Below are positions 10,884-22,488 of a stretch of DNA of 64,000 bases, piece after piece (position 1 is the first letter of the stretch; every line of letters starts with the position of its first letter). The stretch comes from Candidatus Methylomirabilia bacterium. Lineage in GTDB: Bacteria > Methylomirabilota > Methylomirabilia > Rokubacteriales > CSP1-6. The position numbers and the translations under genes are program-made. The DNA lies in NCBI GenBank assembly GCA_041492755.1, contig JBGPXN010000001.1:40710-104709 (forward strand), read 5' to 3'. The notes under the pieces are model-generated. The model ran no database searches. It worked only from the letters and a program-made list of their open reading frames with translations, and was not told the DNA's origin.

Positions 10884-11933
10884 TCAGGGATAGACCGGCG
10901 GGCTGCTGAGCCCAGTGCGCTCGTTCCAGCCGAACAGGATGTTGAGGACCTGCACCCCGTTGGCGGAGCCGCCCTTGCCCAGGTTGTCGAGCGCCGACAC
11001 GCACTTGGCGCGCCCGGTTCGGGAATCCGCCACGACCGTGAGGTCGCAGTAGTTGGAGCCGACCACCGAGCGCGTCGTCGGCCGCTCCCCCTCGTCGAGC
11101 ACCCGCACGAACGGCTCGCCCGCGTAGAACTCGCGGTACACCGCGAGCAGGTCGGCGGTGGAGAGCGCGCGCACGAGCGGGACCGACGCGGTGGTGAAGA
11201 GGCCGCGGTTGAGCGGGACTAGATGCGGCGTGAACGATACCCGCACCGGCGCCCCCAGCAGCGCGCTCATCTCCTGCTCCATCTCGGGCGTGTGGCGATG
11301 GGACTCGAGCGCGTAGGCCTGCACGTTCTCGTTCGACTCCGTGTAGAGATACATCGGGTCGATCTTGCGGCCCTGGGCCCCCGCGCCCGTCACCCCGGAC
11401 TTGCCGTCCACCACGATGCCCTCGGGCCGCGCGAGCCCCGCTTTCAGCAGGGGCGCCGTCGCGAGGATGGTGCCGGTGGGATAGCAGCCCGGCGAGGCGA
11501 CCAGCGCGGCGGAGACGATCGCCTTGCGATGCAGCTCGGGCAACCCGTATACCGCTTCGGCGAGTCCGTCGGGATCGATGTGCGGCGCCTTGTACCAGGT
11601 CGTGTAGTCGGCGGCATCGTGCAGCCGATAGTCCGCGGACAGGTCGATCACGCGGACGCCCCGACGCCGGAGCACCGGCACCACCTTCTGCGACTCCATG
11701 TGCGGCAGGGCCAGGAACACGACGTCCGCCATGGCGACGAAGTGATCGGGGTCGAGCTCGGTGAAGCGCAACTCGGTGAATCCGCGCAGGTGCGGATACG
11801 CCTTGGCCAGCGGCTCACCGGCCAGGCGGTCCGACGTCACGGCGGTCAGCGAGACGTTCGGGTGCCCGAGGAGAATTCGCAGGAGCTCGGCCCCCATGTA
11901 GCCGCTCGCTCCCGCCACTGCAACACGGATCAT
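10884..11933 (-). CDS. argC: N-acetyl-gamma-glutamyl-phosphate reductase
   Basis: GASGYMGAEL, DLSADYRL, YGLPEL, SPGCYPT, DNLGKGG; start trimmed to MIRVAVAG. Confidence 0.96.
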   Translation of the reverse strand: MIRVAVAGASGYMGAELLRILLGHPNVSLTAVTSDRLAGEPLAKAYPHLRGFTELRFTELDPDHFVAMADVVFLALPHMESQKVVPVLRRRGVRVIDLSADYRLHDAADYTTWYKAPHIDPDGLAEAVYGLPELHRKAIVSAALVASPGCYPTGTILATAPLLKAGLARPEGIVVDGKSGVTGAGAQGRKIDPMYLYTESNENVQAYALESHRHTPEMEQEMSALLGAPVRVSFTPHLVPLNRGLFTTASVPLVRALSTADLLAVYREFYAGEPFVRVLDEGERPTTRSVVGSNYCDLTVVADSRTGRAKCVSALDNLGKGGSANGVQVLNILFGWNERTGLSSPPVYP

Positions 11934-11940
11934 CGTCGCG

Positions 11941-12339
11941 CTACCGCTTCGAGTACTGAAACTTCTGCCGCGCGCCCGGCTGGCCGTACTTCTTCCGCTC
12001 GCGCATCCGTGGATCACGGGTCAGCAAGCCGGCCTTCTTCAGCGGCTGGCGAAGCTTCTCGTCGAACTGCACGAGCGCCCGCGCGATGCCGTGCCGTACC
12101 GCGCCGGCCTGTCCGGTGGGCCCGCCGCCGGTAACGGTCGCGACGACGTCGAACTGGCCGTAGGTGTTGGTCACCTGCAGCGGCTGCGCGATGATCATCC
12201 GGTTCGTTTCGCGCGAAAAGTAGTCTTCGAAGGCGCGACGATTCACGACCATCCGACCCGAGCCGGGACGAATCCAGACCCGCGCCACCGATGTCTTCCG
12301 TCGGCCAGTTCCATAGAAGCGATCGATGACGGCCGCCAT
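11941..12339 (-). CDS. rpsI: 30S ribosomal protein S9
   Basis: [13 protein letters not shown]...[20 protein letters not shown]. Confidence 0.98.
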   Translation of the reverse strand: MAAVIDRFYGTGRRKTSVARVWIRPGSGRMVVNRRAFEDYFSRETNRMIIAQPLQVTNTYGQFDVVATVTGGGPTGQAGAVRHGIARALVQFDEKLRQPLKKAGLLTRDPRMRERKKYGQPGARQKFQYSKR

Positions 12340-12782
12340 CAGCGGGCTCCCTTCGGTTCCGGCATGGCCTCCGGCTGCTGCGCCTGGTGAGGATGGTCGG
12401 GGCCGCGGTAGACCTTGAGCTTCTTGACCATCGCGCGTCCGAGCCGGTTCTTCGGCAGCATGCCCTGCACCGCCCACTCGATCAGCCGATCGGGATGCGT
12501 CTTGATCATGACGCCCGCGCTGACCTCACGGAGACCGCCGATGTAGCCGGTGTGCCAGCGATACATCTTGTTCTGGAGCTTGCGGCCGGTGAGGTGAACC
12601 TTCTCCGCGTTCACGACGACTACGTGATCGCCGACGTCGAGATGGGGAGTGAAATTCGGGCGGTGCTTGCCGCGCAGGATCGTCGCGATGCGGGTGGCCA
12701 GCCGTCCCAGCACCTGACCGTCCGCGTCGACCACGAACCATTTGCGCTCGATTTCGCTCTCCTTGGGAATCGGCGTCGGCAT
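12339..12782 (-). CDS. rplM: 50S ribosomal protein L13
   Basis: [42 protein letters not shown] before MPTPIPK. Confidence 0.97.
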   Translation of the reverse strand: MPTPIPKESEIERKWFVVDADGQVLGRLATRIATILRGKHRPNFTPHLDVGDHVVVVNAEKVHLTGRKLQNKMYRWHTGYIGGLREVSAGVMIKTHPDRLIEWAVQGMLPKNRLGRAMVKKLKVYRGPDHPHQAQQPEAMPEPKGAR

Positions 12783-12836
12783 CGTCTTCCTTTCGGCTAA
12801 GTGGGCCACAGAGCAGGAGAATTCGCGCGAAAATTG

Positions 12837-12865
12837 ACTTTATAGGAAAAGCCCTGGGCTGTCAA
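12837..12865 (-). promoter_or_regulatory. Sigma-70 promoter for the rplM operon
   Basis: Minus strand TTGACA-17 nt-TAAAGT in an AT-rich patch about 55 nt upstream of rplM. Confidence 0.75.
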
Positions 12866-12938
12866 CGAACGGGCCGCCCGGACGGCGACCGGCGGCGGCT
12901 ACCCTCGACCTGCCAAGTCGTTGACACATTCCGATGCG

Positions 12939-14090
12939 CTAAGAATCCTCGTCGACGCCGCCGCTAGCCCTTCTGAACCGGGGAACTTTCTCCTCTAACG
13001 TTCCCCGTATCTCGCCGGCAACGATCCGAGCGATCTCATCGTTGCCGGCGTCAGTGTGATGGACCAGGTCGTAGTAGAAGTCGGATCGCTTCGGGAGCTG
13101 GCGGGCGAGGTCGACGACGAGGAGGCCGTTTCGGGCACCCGTGTCCTTGAGCGCCTGGTTGTACAACTCGAGGACGGCCCAGGCCGCCTTGCCATTCCAC
13201 TGGCCGACCCTGATGCTCTCGAGGTCGACCCCGGTCACGGGGTCGGAGCCGCTGCCGTACAGCGCGGGCTGGGTCACGAAGATCGGGAGGATCCCGCTGG
13301 CCTGGCACTCGCGGATCAGTCGCTCCAGCCGCCGGACGTAGGGTGGAATCATCCGTGTCTTCACCGCCTCGAGCCGCGCCTGCAGGGCGGCTTCGGTCAC
13401 CTCCCGGCTCGGGGCGGAGCGCACGTCGAAGTCGCGGTCGTAGGGCAGCGCCAGCTCGGTCGCCCGCAGCCGGCGCTTGATGGTGATCCCGGCACTGACG
13501 ATCTCGCTCTTCAGCGCGTAGCCGAACAGCCGTTGCCGCCACGAGGCCTGGGTCGTGTTGTACAGAAAGTTGTAGGAGTGCTCGAGCGCCTCGAAATCTC
13601 CCTCGCTGTCGACGTCGTTGAGTCCGACCAGGAAGATCGCCACCTTCGGACGCAGCTTCGCCAGGTAGTCGCGAACCAGGACGATGTGCCCGAGCGTCGA
13701 GTGTCCCGCGATGCCGGCGTTGTTCAGCCACACGTTTCGCAGACCGGTGCCGAGACGCTGGTGGAGGCGTGCCGGCCACGTGCGGTCACCGTCGGAGAAG
13801 AATTCCTCGGTTGTGCTGCCACCGATCGCAACCAACGTCAGGAAGCGGTCGAAGTCGGCGGGCGGTTCCGGGCCCCGGAAGCCGAGCGAGTTGGTGCTGA
13901 ACGTGGTCGAGCGTTGCAGCTTGTCCGACCGTTCGTGGACGAGCTGGATGCGGTTGTTCGCGTGGAGAATGACCTTGTTGTGCTTCACTGAGGATGGCAA
14001 CGGGTTGTAGAGGTGCAGGGCCAATTCGAGCAGCACGACGGCGACGAACACGTTGATGAGAACGATTCCTGCCACGCGAAGCCATCTCAC
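12939..14090 (-). CDS. SGNH/GDSL hydrolase family protein with N-terminal membrane anchor
   Basis: TNSLGFRGPE, GGSTT, NAGIAGHS, GLND, DLVH blocks; GTG start overlaps nth stop. Confidence 0.85.
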   Translation of the reverse strand: MRWLRVAGIVLINVFVAVVLLELALHLYNPLPSSVKHNKVILHANNRIQLVHERSDKLQRSTTFSTNSLGFRGPEPPADFDRFLTLVAIGGSTTEEFFSDGDRTWPARLHQRLGTGLRNVWLNNAGIAGHSTLGHIVLVRDYLAKLRPKVAIFLVGLNDVDSEGDFEALEHSYNFLYNTTQASWRQRLFGYALKSEIVSAGITIKRRLRATELALPYDRDFDVRSAPSREVTEAALQARLEAVKTRMIPPYVRRLERLIRECQASGILPIFVTQPALYGSGSDPVTGVDLESIRVGQWNGKAAWAVLELYNQALKDTGARNGLLVVDLARQLPKRSDFYYDLVHHTDAGNDEIARIVAGEIRGTLEEKVPRFRRASGGVDEDS

Positions 14091-14740
14091 GCGCGGGTCT
14101 TGCCGGGCCACGGACACAACGCGCGCACGGGGCACGCCGGACACGCCGGCCGCCGCGCCGTGCACGTGCCCCGGCCGTGCGTGATGAGCAGGTGGGTCGC
14201 CTGCGTGAGCCCGGTGCGGGGCAGGATGGCCACCAACTGGTCGTGGATCTCGTCGGGTTCGTCCGACTTGGCGAGGCCCAGTCGCTGAGAGACGCGGAAC
14301 ACGTGCGTGTCGACGGCCACGGCCTGCTGGCCGAACGCGTTGCCCAGTACCACGTTGGCCGTCTTGAGTCCCACCCCCGGCAGCTCCATCAGCGCCTCGC
14401 GCTCGCCCGGGACTTCGCCGCGGTGGCGCTCCACCAGCGCGCGCGCCATGCCGAGGATCGATTTCGTCTTGGACCGGTAGAAGCCGGTGGAGCGAATCTC
14501 CTCCTCGAACGTGCCGGTATCCGCCCGGGCGTAGTCCTGGGCCGTGCGGTACTTGCGGAAGAGGGCCGGCGTCACCATGTTCACGCGCTCGTCCGTGCAT
14601 TGCGCGGACAGGATGGTGGCGACGAGCAGCTCGAGCGGCGTGTGGAAGTCCAGCGCGATCCGCGCGTCCGGGTAGGCCTTCGCGAGCCGCGTGAGGATCG
14701 GCCGTGCGCGCCGTTTCTTCGCGTCCGTGGTTTCGCGCAT
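14087..14740 (-). CDS. nth: Endonuclease III
   Basis: ILSAQCTDERVN, HhH LPGVGLKTAN, VDTHV, CTARRPACPACPVRALC Fe-S motif. Confidence 0.96.
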   Translation of the reverse strand: MRETTDAKKRRARPILTRLAKAYPDARIALDFHTPLELLVATILSAQCTDERVNMVTPALFRKYRTAQDYARADTGTFEEEIRSTGFYRSKTKSILGMARALVERHRGEVPGEREALMELPGVGLKTANVVLGNAFGQQAVAVDTHVFRVSQRLGLAKSDEPDEIHDQLVAILPRTGLTQATHLLITHGRGTCTARRPACPACPVRALCPWPGKTRA

Positions 14741-14747
14741 TTGCTCG

Positions 14748-16961
14748 TCAGCCCCCTGCCCCGCGGCCCAGACGCACGGCCTCCGGCGTCACACTGACCG
14801 GCCCGATCCGCACCCGCAACGGCAACCGTTGCGCCATCCGGATCGACGGATCGTACGAGCGCATCGCCCAGTCGACGAGCGGGCCCGGCAACGGCACGCC
14901 TCCTAGGCTCAGGCGCTCGGCGATCAGCACGAACGGCCGCTCGGACGAGGCGGAAAGACGGATTCGGCCGCTCACGTCGAGACCGGGCTGGCCGAGGTTC
15001 ACCGCGAACGCCCCGTCCTCGAGAATGATCCGTCCTCGCCGGAACGCTTTCAAGCCGGCGAGAAACGCTTGAAGGTCCTGCGCCGTCACGGTGGCGTCGG
15101 AAAGCGTCAGGGCCGTGGCCTCGAGGACGTCGAGCCGGTGGTCGACCGATACGCTGACCAGGTTGACGAGCACGTCGTCGAGGACCACGCGGACGTCGCG
15201 GACCCGAAGCCGGGAGCTGTCGGGCCTCGCGAAGTCGCTCAGCGTCGCGGCGGTCGCGCGGATTTCCATGCTCCGGACTCGACCGGCGAGGATGTCGCGA
15301 TCCCAGATCAACCTTACTTGCAATCCTTCGACGTCGCGCGCCACGTCGGGGAGGCGACGGCGAACGGCGTCCTCCAGATCCTTGGCCAGGCGCTCGGGGG
15401 CAACCTCGAGGTGCGTGGGGATGCGCCGGGCCCGGAGCTGCGCGACCGAGCCGTCCGGGAGCGGGAACTCACCGATGACGGGATAGATCGCGACGAGCGA
15501 ACGATCGGTCGCGAGACGAGCGTCGATCCGCTTGATCCGCTCGGCGGTCCACGGCGGACCGACGTCCCCCGACTTGACGATCATGTAGCCGAGGTCGAAC
15601 GGCTCGTCCCACGCGCGCATGAACCGGAGCGGCAAGCCGTCCCGCACGGCGTAATAGCGGAAGTTCGCCACCGAGAAGAACGCGTGGTTCGGCACCACGC
15701 TGACCATGGGCGCGCCCGCGCGAACTTCCCCCCGCCCACGGGCAGCGTCGGCGTCGCGGACGATGCGGTCCAGGATCTCACGCTGCCGCCAATCCGTCGG
15801 GTCGGGCGCCGCGTTCATCGCGATGCCGGCGCCGAGCAGCGCACCGCGGGCCGCCGGTACGACGTCGAACGCCGACGCCACGACCTGCACGAGCGCGAAC
15901 ACCGCCACCAGCACGGCGACGGGGCGGCGCGTCATGGCCGGCAGCGCGGCGAAGCCCAGTCCGGCCAGCACCCCGGCGACCGGCAGCAGCGGAAGCGTGT
16001 AGCGAAGGTTCTTGTTCTGGATCAAGAAGAACAGCACGAGCGGAGCCAGCGCAACGAGCACGAGCGCGTGCCGGCGCCGCACGGCGACGACGACACCGAC
16101 GACGGTCAACACGGCCGCCAGCAGGCCGAACTGCCCCGCAAAGTTCAGCGGGTAGAAGGCGAGAGCCGTGGCCGTGAACGGCTCGGGATGGCCGGATTCC
16201 GCGGCCTGCCGGAACGAGCGGGCACCCACCTGCCCCACCATCGTCAGGAGCCGCAGCCCGTAGAACGGCAGGGCGACCAGAACGGCGAGGATCATCGCAA
16301 GCCCGGCGTGAGCCAGCGCGCGACGGTTCCGGGCACCGGCGACGACGAGTACGAGCGCCGGCGCCAAATAGACCGCAAACGGCGTTTTGGTGAGGAGGCC
16401 CAGGCCGAGCACGACTCCGCACACGAACGACCATCCACGCCGATTGAAGTGCTCGGTGTTCTGGAGCACCACCAACGCCGTCGCCACCATCGCGGCCAGT
16501 GGCAGGTCGAGCTGAAATCGCAGCATCGTGTGGACGACGAACGGCGCCGCGCCGAACAGCACGGCCGCCACCACGCCGCCGGCGCCCCCGGCAACGCGGC
16601 GCCCGAGCACGTACGTCATCGCCATCCCCAGGGCGAGAAAACCGAGCATCACGATCTGGCCGAAGGCGGCATCGGAGGGCCAGGCGAGATAGGCGAGGCC
16701 GGCGAGGCAGAGCACGAGCTGCGGATAGAAGGAGGATCGGCCTTCGAGCACGTAGCGGACGTTGCCCGCCGTCAGATCGTGCGCGCAGACCACCGCCCGC
16801 TCGAGATGGTTGGCGTGATCCCACACGGGCGGGGCGCGGTCGAGTCGCAGCCACACCGCCGAGACGCCCGCGAGGACGAGCACGGCAACGGCAACCATCA
16901 GCCAGTCGCCGCGACCGTGCGACGACCGTCGGTCCGGACGGGTGGCGGCGGGCGTCGTCAC
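14748..16961 (-). CDS. ArnT/PMT-like (GT-C fold) membrane glycosyltransferase with extra C-terminal soluble domain
   Basis: PPVWDHANH, FYPQL, LDLPLAAM, GLGLLTK, NKNLRYTLPLLP; many TM segments; start uncertain. Confidence 0.75.
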   Translation of the reverse strand: MTTPAATRPDRRSSHGRGDWLMVAVAVLVLAGVSAVWLRLDRAPPVWDHANHLERAVVCAHDLTAGNVRYVLEGRSSFYPQLVLCLAGLAYLAWPSDAAFGQIVMLGFLALGMAMTYVLGRRVAGGAGGVVAAVLFGAAPFVVHTMLRFQLDLPLAAMVATALVVLQNTEHFNRRGWSFVCGVVLGLGLLTKTPFAVYLAPALVLVVAGARNRRALAHAGLAMILAVLVALPFYGLRLLTMVGQVGARSFRQAAESGHPEPFTATALAFYPLNFAGQFGLLAAVLTVVGVVVAVRRRHALVLVALAPLVLFFLIQNKNLRYTLPLLPVAGVLAGLGFAALPAMTRRPVAVLVAVFALVQVVASAFDVVPAARGALLGAGIAMNAAPDPTDWRQREILDRIVRDADAARGRGEVRAGAPMVSVVPNHAFFSVANFRYYAVRDGLPLRFMRAWDEPFDLGYMIVKSGDVGPPWTAERIKRIDARLATDRSLVAIYPVIGEFPLPDGSVAQLRARRIPTHLEVAPERLAKDLEDAVRRRLPDVARDVEGLQVRLIWDRDILAGRVRSMEIRATAATLSDFARPDSSRLRVRDVRVVLDDVLVNLVSVSVDHRLDVLEATALTLSDATVTAQDLQAFLAGLKAFRRGRIILEDGAFAVNLGQPGLDVSGRIRLSASSERPFVLIAERLSLGGVPLPGPLVDWAMRSYDPSIRMAQRLPLRVRIGPVSVTPEAVRLGRGAGG

Positions 16962-17677
16962 CGGCGGCCGACAAGCAGGATCGAGACACCCAACGGCAGC
17001 CGCCACCGCGGTACCACGAAACGCTCCAACCCGAACGCCGTCGCGAGCAGCCCGTTGACCATGGCGTGAGGTCGCCGGAGATCGTGCCTCGTGTCACCAC
17101 GCAACCGTTTCCAGCACCGGGCCAGCACGATGAGGGGGAACAGCAGCGTATTGAAGTAGCTCACGTGCTCGATGCGGAATCCTGCCTCGGCCACGAGGGC
17201 CCGTAGCGCCCCCGCCGCGTAGCGGCGGCGATGACCGAGCGCAACGTCGTGGCCACTCCAGAGCCACGCGAAAGCGGGGACGGTGACGAGGATCACGCCA
17301 CCGGGCCGCAGCGCCTTCCACGCCGTGTGCAGCGCCTGCTCGTCGTCGTCGAGATGCTCCAGGACGTCGAGCATCAGCACGAGATCGGCCCAGCCTTCGG
17401 GTACGACGAGATCGCGCGGCAGGCTTCCGGCACGCACGTCGAGGCCGGCAGCGCGGGCGGCGCCGATGAGCTCCGGATGCTCCTCCATCCCGACCGCCTC
17501 GCCCAGGGGGGCGAACGCACCGAGCACGTTGCCCGAGCCGCAACCCAGCTCGAGGACTCGCAGGGCCCCGGGGGGGCGGAAGGCGTCGACGACTGCGCGC
17601 AGTACGGCGAGCCGGCCGAGGAAGTACCAGTGCCGCCGGTCTTCCTCCAGGTGAACGGCGACGTACGCCGGATCCAG
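16958..17677 (-). CDS. Class I SAM-dependent methyltransferase
   Basis: VLELGCGSG, LDVLEHLDDD, VTVPAFAWLWSGHDVALGHRRRY; start uncertain (ORF open to 17761). Confidence 0.88.
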   Translation of the reverse strand: MDPAYVAVHLEEDRRHWYFLGRLAVLRAVVDAFRPPGALRVLELGCGSGNVLGAFAPLGEAVGMEEHPELIGAARAAGLDVRAGSLPRDLVVPEGWADLVLMLDVLEHLDDDEQALHTAWKALRPGGVILVTVPAFAWLWSGHDVALGHRRRYAAGALRALVAEAGFRIEHVSYFNTLLFPLIVLARCWKRLRGDTRHDLRRPHAMVNGLLATAFGLERFVVPRWRLPLGVSILLVGRR

Positions 17678-17678
17678 G

Positions 17679-18836
17679 CTAGGGCCCCGGACGCCGGCGG
17701 CTCGCGAGGAACGCGCCGATACGGCGGAGTCCCTCCTGGATGCGGTCGAGCGACGCGGCATAGGAAAAGCGCAGATAGCCCTCGGCGTTGGCGCCGAACG
17801 CGATGCCGGGCGTGACGGCGACGTGCGCCTCTTCGAGGATCTCGAGCGCCAGGCGCCGGGAATCGGCGGCGTACCCGCGGGCGTTGGCGAGAACGTAGAA
17901 GGCGCCGGTGGGCTCGCTGGCGACGCCGAGCCCGATGGCCCGCAGACCGTCGATCATCGCGCGCCGCCGCCCGGCGAAGACGTCCCGGAAGCGCCGCGCC
18001 TCGTCGCCGGCCTCACGGAGCGCCGCCACGCCTGCCCACTGGACGAACTCGTTCGTCGAGATGAAAAAGTTACCGAAGATCTTCTGCAAGGCCGGCATGT
18101 GGGCCGCGGGCGCGATGAGGTAGCCGAGGCGCCAGCCCGTCATGGCGAACGCCTTGGAGAAACCGTTGAGCACGAAGGCGCGATCGGTGAACTCGAGGAC
18201 GGACCGGTCCCGACCCTCGTAGCTCAGCCCGTGATAGATCTCGTCGGACACCACGACGGGCCCGAGCCCCGCGATCGCGGCCATCCGCTCGGCCGAGAGC
18301 ACGGTGCCCGTGGGATTGGCCGGTGAGTTCACGATGACCGCCTTGGTGCGTGGCGTGATCCGGGCCCGGACCGCTTCCGGCCGGAACTGAAACCCATCCT
18401 CCTCGGTCACGCCCACGTAGGTTGGCACGCCGTCGCTGTAGCGAATGAAATTCGGATAACACGCGTAGTACGGGTCGGACAGGATCACCTCGTCGCCCGG
18501 ATCGAGGAGGTGACCGAACAGCAACAGCATCGCGGGCGACGTCCCCGGCGTGACCAGGACGTGCTCCGGCGACACGCGGACCCCGTAGGTATCCGCGTAG
18601 TGGTCCGCGATGGCCTCGCGGAGCGGGAGGATGCCGAGGCTGTGGGTATACCGGGCGCGCCCGTCCTTCAGCGCCTTCTCGGCCGCCTCGCGCACCACCG
18701 CCGGCGCCTCGAAGTCCGGTTCGCCGAACTCGAGGTGCACGACGTCGACGCCCGCGCGTTCGAGCACCTGTGCCCGCTCGCTCATCTCCAGGGCGAGGAA
18801 CGTCTCGATCGCCTCGAGGCGCCGCGCCAGGTTCAC
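17679..18836 (-). CDS. PLP-dependent class I/II aminotransferase
   Basis: GEPDF, NSPANPTG, SDEIY, NGFSKAFAMTGWRLGY. Confidence 0.93.
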   Translation of the reverse strand: MNLARRLEAIETFLALEMSERAQVLERAGVDVVHLEFGEPDFEAPAVVREAAEKALKDGRARYTHSLGILPLREAIADHYADTYGVRVSPEHVLVTPGTSPAMLLLFGHLLDPGDEVILSDPYYACYPNFIRYSDGVPTYVGVTEEDGFQFRPEAVRARITPRTKAVIVNSPANPTGTVLSAERMAAIAGLGPVVVSDEIYHGLSYEGRDRSVLEFTDRAFVLNGFSKAFAMTGWRLGYLIAPAAHMPALQKIFGNFFISTNEFVQWAGVAALREAGDEARRFRDVFAGRRRAMIDGLRAIGLGVASEPTGAFYVLANARGYAADSRRLALEILEEAHVAVTPGIAFGANAEGYLRFSYAASLDRIQEGLRRIGAFLASRRRPGP

Positions 18837-19555
18837 CGCCCGCTCCCCGCCCGCCAGCGCGCGCGCAGGATCTCGCCCAGCATGCGGGGCCCTGTCCGCA
18901 CGACCCCGACCTTGCTGCCCGGCTGGTCCGCCCAGTTCACGGCCACCTCGACGACGCGATACCCGGCCGCCTGCGCCAGGAGCAGCAGCTCGACGTCGAA
19001 CCCAAAGCCCGTGGTGCGGAGTCGCCCGAAAAGCTGCCGCGCCGCCGGGGCGGTGAACGCCTTGAACCCGCACTGCGAATCAGCGATGCCTCTGAGCCCC
19101 AGGCGCGCGACCGTCCAGTTGAACAGCCGGCCCGCGGCCACCCGGTGTGGCCGGGCGGCGACGGAGACGCTGTGATCGCCCAGCGCCCGCGAGCCGATGA
19201 CGACGTCGGCGCCCGCGGCCAGCGCCGGCTCCAGCCGCTTGAGCTCCCCGATCGGCGTGGCCCCGTCGGCATCGGCGAACAACCGGAAGGCGCCGCGCGC
19301 TTCGAGCATCCCGCGGCGCACGGCCGCGCCCTTGCCGGTGTTGTGCGGCTGGCGGAGGGCGCGGACCTCCGGATGCGCCCGCGCCGCGGCTACGACGCCG
19401 GCCAGGGTCCCGTCGGTGCTTCCGTCGTCCACGACCAGCACCTCCCACGGCGCGCCCCGGCCATCGAAGAAGCTCACCACGTCATCCAGATAGCGCGGCA
19501 GGCGGGCTGCCTCGTTGTAGGCTGGAATGATCACGGACCAGCAGGGACCGATCAC
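18833..19555 (-). CDS. GT2 polyprenol-phosphate glycosyltransferase (dolichyl-phosphate beta-glucosyltransferase-like)
   Basis: SVIIPAYNE, VVDDGSTDGT, GKGAAVRRG, FADADGAT, DSQCGFKAF, FDVELL. Confidence 0.92.
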   Translation of the reverse strand: MIGPCWSVIIPAYNEAARLPRYLDDVVSFFDGRGAPWEVLVVDDGSTDGTLAGVVAAARAHPEVRALRQPHNTGKGAAVRRGMLEARGAFRLFADADGATPIGELKRLEPALAAGADVVIGSRALGDHSVSVAARPHRVAAGRLFNWTVARLGLRGIADSQCGFKAFTAPAARQLFGRLRTTGFGFDVELLLLAQAAGYRVVEVAVNWADQPGSKVGVVRTGPRMLGEILRARWRAGSGR

Positions 19556-20055
19556 TGGATGCCGCTGAGGGCGGCCTCCGGCCCGATGTTCCCGAGTCCC
19601 AGGACGGCCGTGCCGTCGGTCACCACGGCGACCGTGTTGTGCTTCATGGTCAGCGCGAATGCGCGCTCCCGGTCGTCGCGGATGGCCAGACACACCCGGG
19701 CCACCGCAGGCGTGTAGACCATGGACAAGTCGTCGCGGGTTCGAATCGGGACCTTGTTGCGGACCTCGATCTTCCCGCCCAGATGGACCAGGAACGTTCG
19801 GTCGGAGACGTTCACGACCCGGGTCCCGGCCAGTCGCTTGAGCGCGGCGACGATCTGCTGCCCGTGGTCGCTGTCGCGAGCCTCGATCGTCATGTCCCGG
19901 ACCACCCGGGCTCGGAAGGACTCGACCAGGTCCACCGCGCCGATGTCGCCCCCTGCTTCGCCAATGGCCAGCGCCACCCGGCCGAGCATGCCGGGCGTGT
20001 TCCGGATCTCCAGACGGACCGTGATGCTGTAACTGGCGCTCGGCGAGACGGCCAT
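19552..20055 (-). pseudogene. ACT domain plus first part of malic enzyme, C-terminally truncated
   Basis: SPSASYSITVRLEI ACT domain, HLGGKIEV, DLSMVYTPAVARVC, VAVVTDGTAVLGLGNIGPEAA, then stop; catalytic and NAD-binding remainder absent. Confidence 0.75.
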
Positions 20056-20372
20056 CAGCGGGGTGACTCCGAGGGAACTCCTCTGTGGGGGAATAACGGT
20101 TCTGCCCTCGGGGACGTCGACCTTCATGGACCCCCCTTCGGCGGCGTCATCATAGCAGGACAACAATGGTCTGAATAGATGGAGCAGAATACCCACTCCG
20201 CCTGGTGCGTCATACGGTCACCGTCGTCTTTCTCAACCCTTAGGAAAACTTTCCGGGTCGTGGCGTGGAACTTGAATTCACAGAGGCCTGAAACGGTGCT
20301 CGACTTGCAAACATCCAAAGTGCAGAGACTACGAGTTTTTTTCGCCGGCAGCTCCACACAGACTCCGGGGAC

Positions 20373-21884
<1,512 letters not shown>

Positions 21885-21896
21885 CTCGTCCGGAGC

Positions 21897-21963
21897 CGGC
21901 AGGGGGCCGAGGGGGTGCTTCGCTAACTATTCGCTACGCACCCCCTCGGCCCCCTGCCGTTTT
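21897..21963 (+). terminator. Intrinsic terminator-like hairpin
   Basis: Perfect 22-bp inverted repeat cggcagggggccgagggggtgc/gcaccccctcggccccctgccg followed by TTTT, between convergent genes. Confidence 0.8.
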
Positions 21964-22039
21964 CTGATCGTTCCGCGTCGACACTCGCACTTCACACCTC
22001 CGCAACGACACTGCACAGCTGCGCACTCCTCTGGTGGCC

Positions 22040-22254
22040 TCATCGGCTGCTGACACTGCCGTCGATGACATCGTCGACCAGGGCCGCACCGGCGGCGATG
22101 TAAGGGTCGATGAGCTTGCGGAAGTCTTCGACCCGGTGGGCGCGTTCCTCCTCTGGGTTCGCGGCGGCGTGCTGCCGGGCGACGGCCTCCGTGCCGCCCA
22201 TCGCGCGCGCGCGCGGCGCCGAGCGAGGTCGTCGGCGAGGTCCTTCATGCCCAC
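22040..22254 (-). pseudogene. Internally deleted, frameshifted acyl-CoA carboxylase carboxyltransferase subunit
   Basis: MKDLADDLARRRARA[frameshift]MGGTEAVARQHAA joined directly to NPEEERAHRVEDFRKLIDPYIAAGAALVDDVID, i.e. the N- and C-termini of a PccB-type subunit. Confidence 0.75.
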
Positions 22255-22261
22255 GGCGCCG

Positions 22262-22477
22262 CTACTCGAGGACGGCGACCGTCTCCCCCTCCTGGACCGT
22301 CTGACCTTCCTGGACCCTGATCTCCTTCACGGCGCCGGCGCGCGGGGCTTCCACCGGGATCTCCATCTTCATCGACTCCAGCACAATCACCGGGTCACCA
22401 GCCTGGACCTTGTCGCCCGCCTTCGCGGTAATCTGGAACACCACGCCGGTGATGTGGGCCTTGATCTCCTCAGGCAT
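22262..22477 (-). CDS. Biotin carboxyl carrier protein
   Basis: LESMKME biotinylation motif; 71 aa from MPEEIKAH. Confidence 0.92.
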   Translation of the reverse strand: MPEEIKAHITGVVFQITAKAGDKVQAGDPVIVLESMKMEIPVEAPRAGAVKEIRVQEGQTVQEGETVAVLE

Positions 22478-22488
22478 GAACGGTCTCC

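Noticed and set aside
12921..12947. Plus-strand TTGACA as an antisense promoter
   Set aside because: No -10 element at 16-18 nt spacing.
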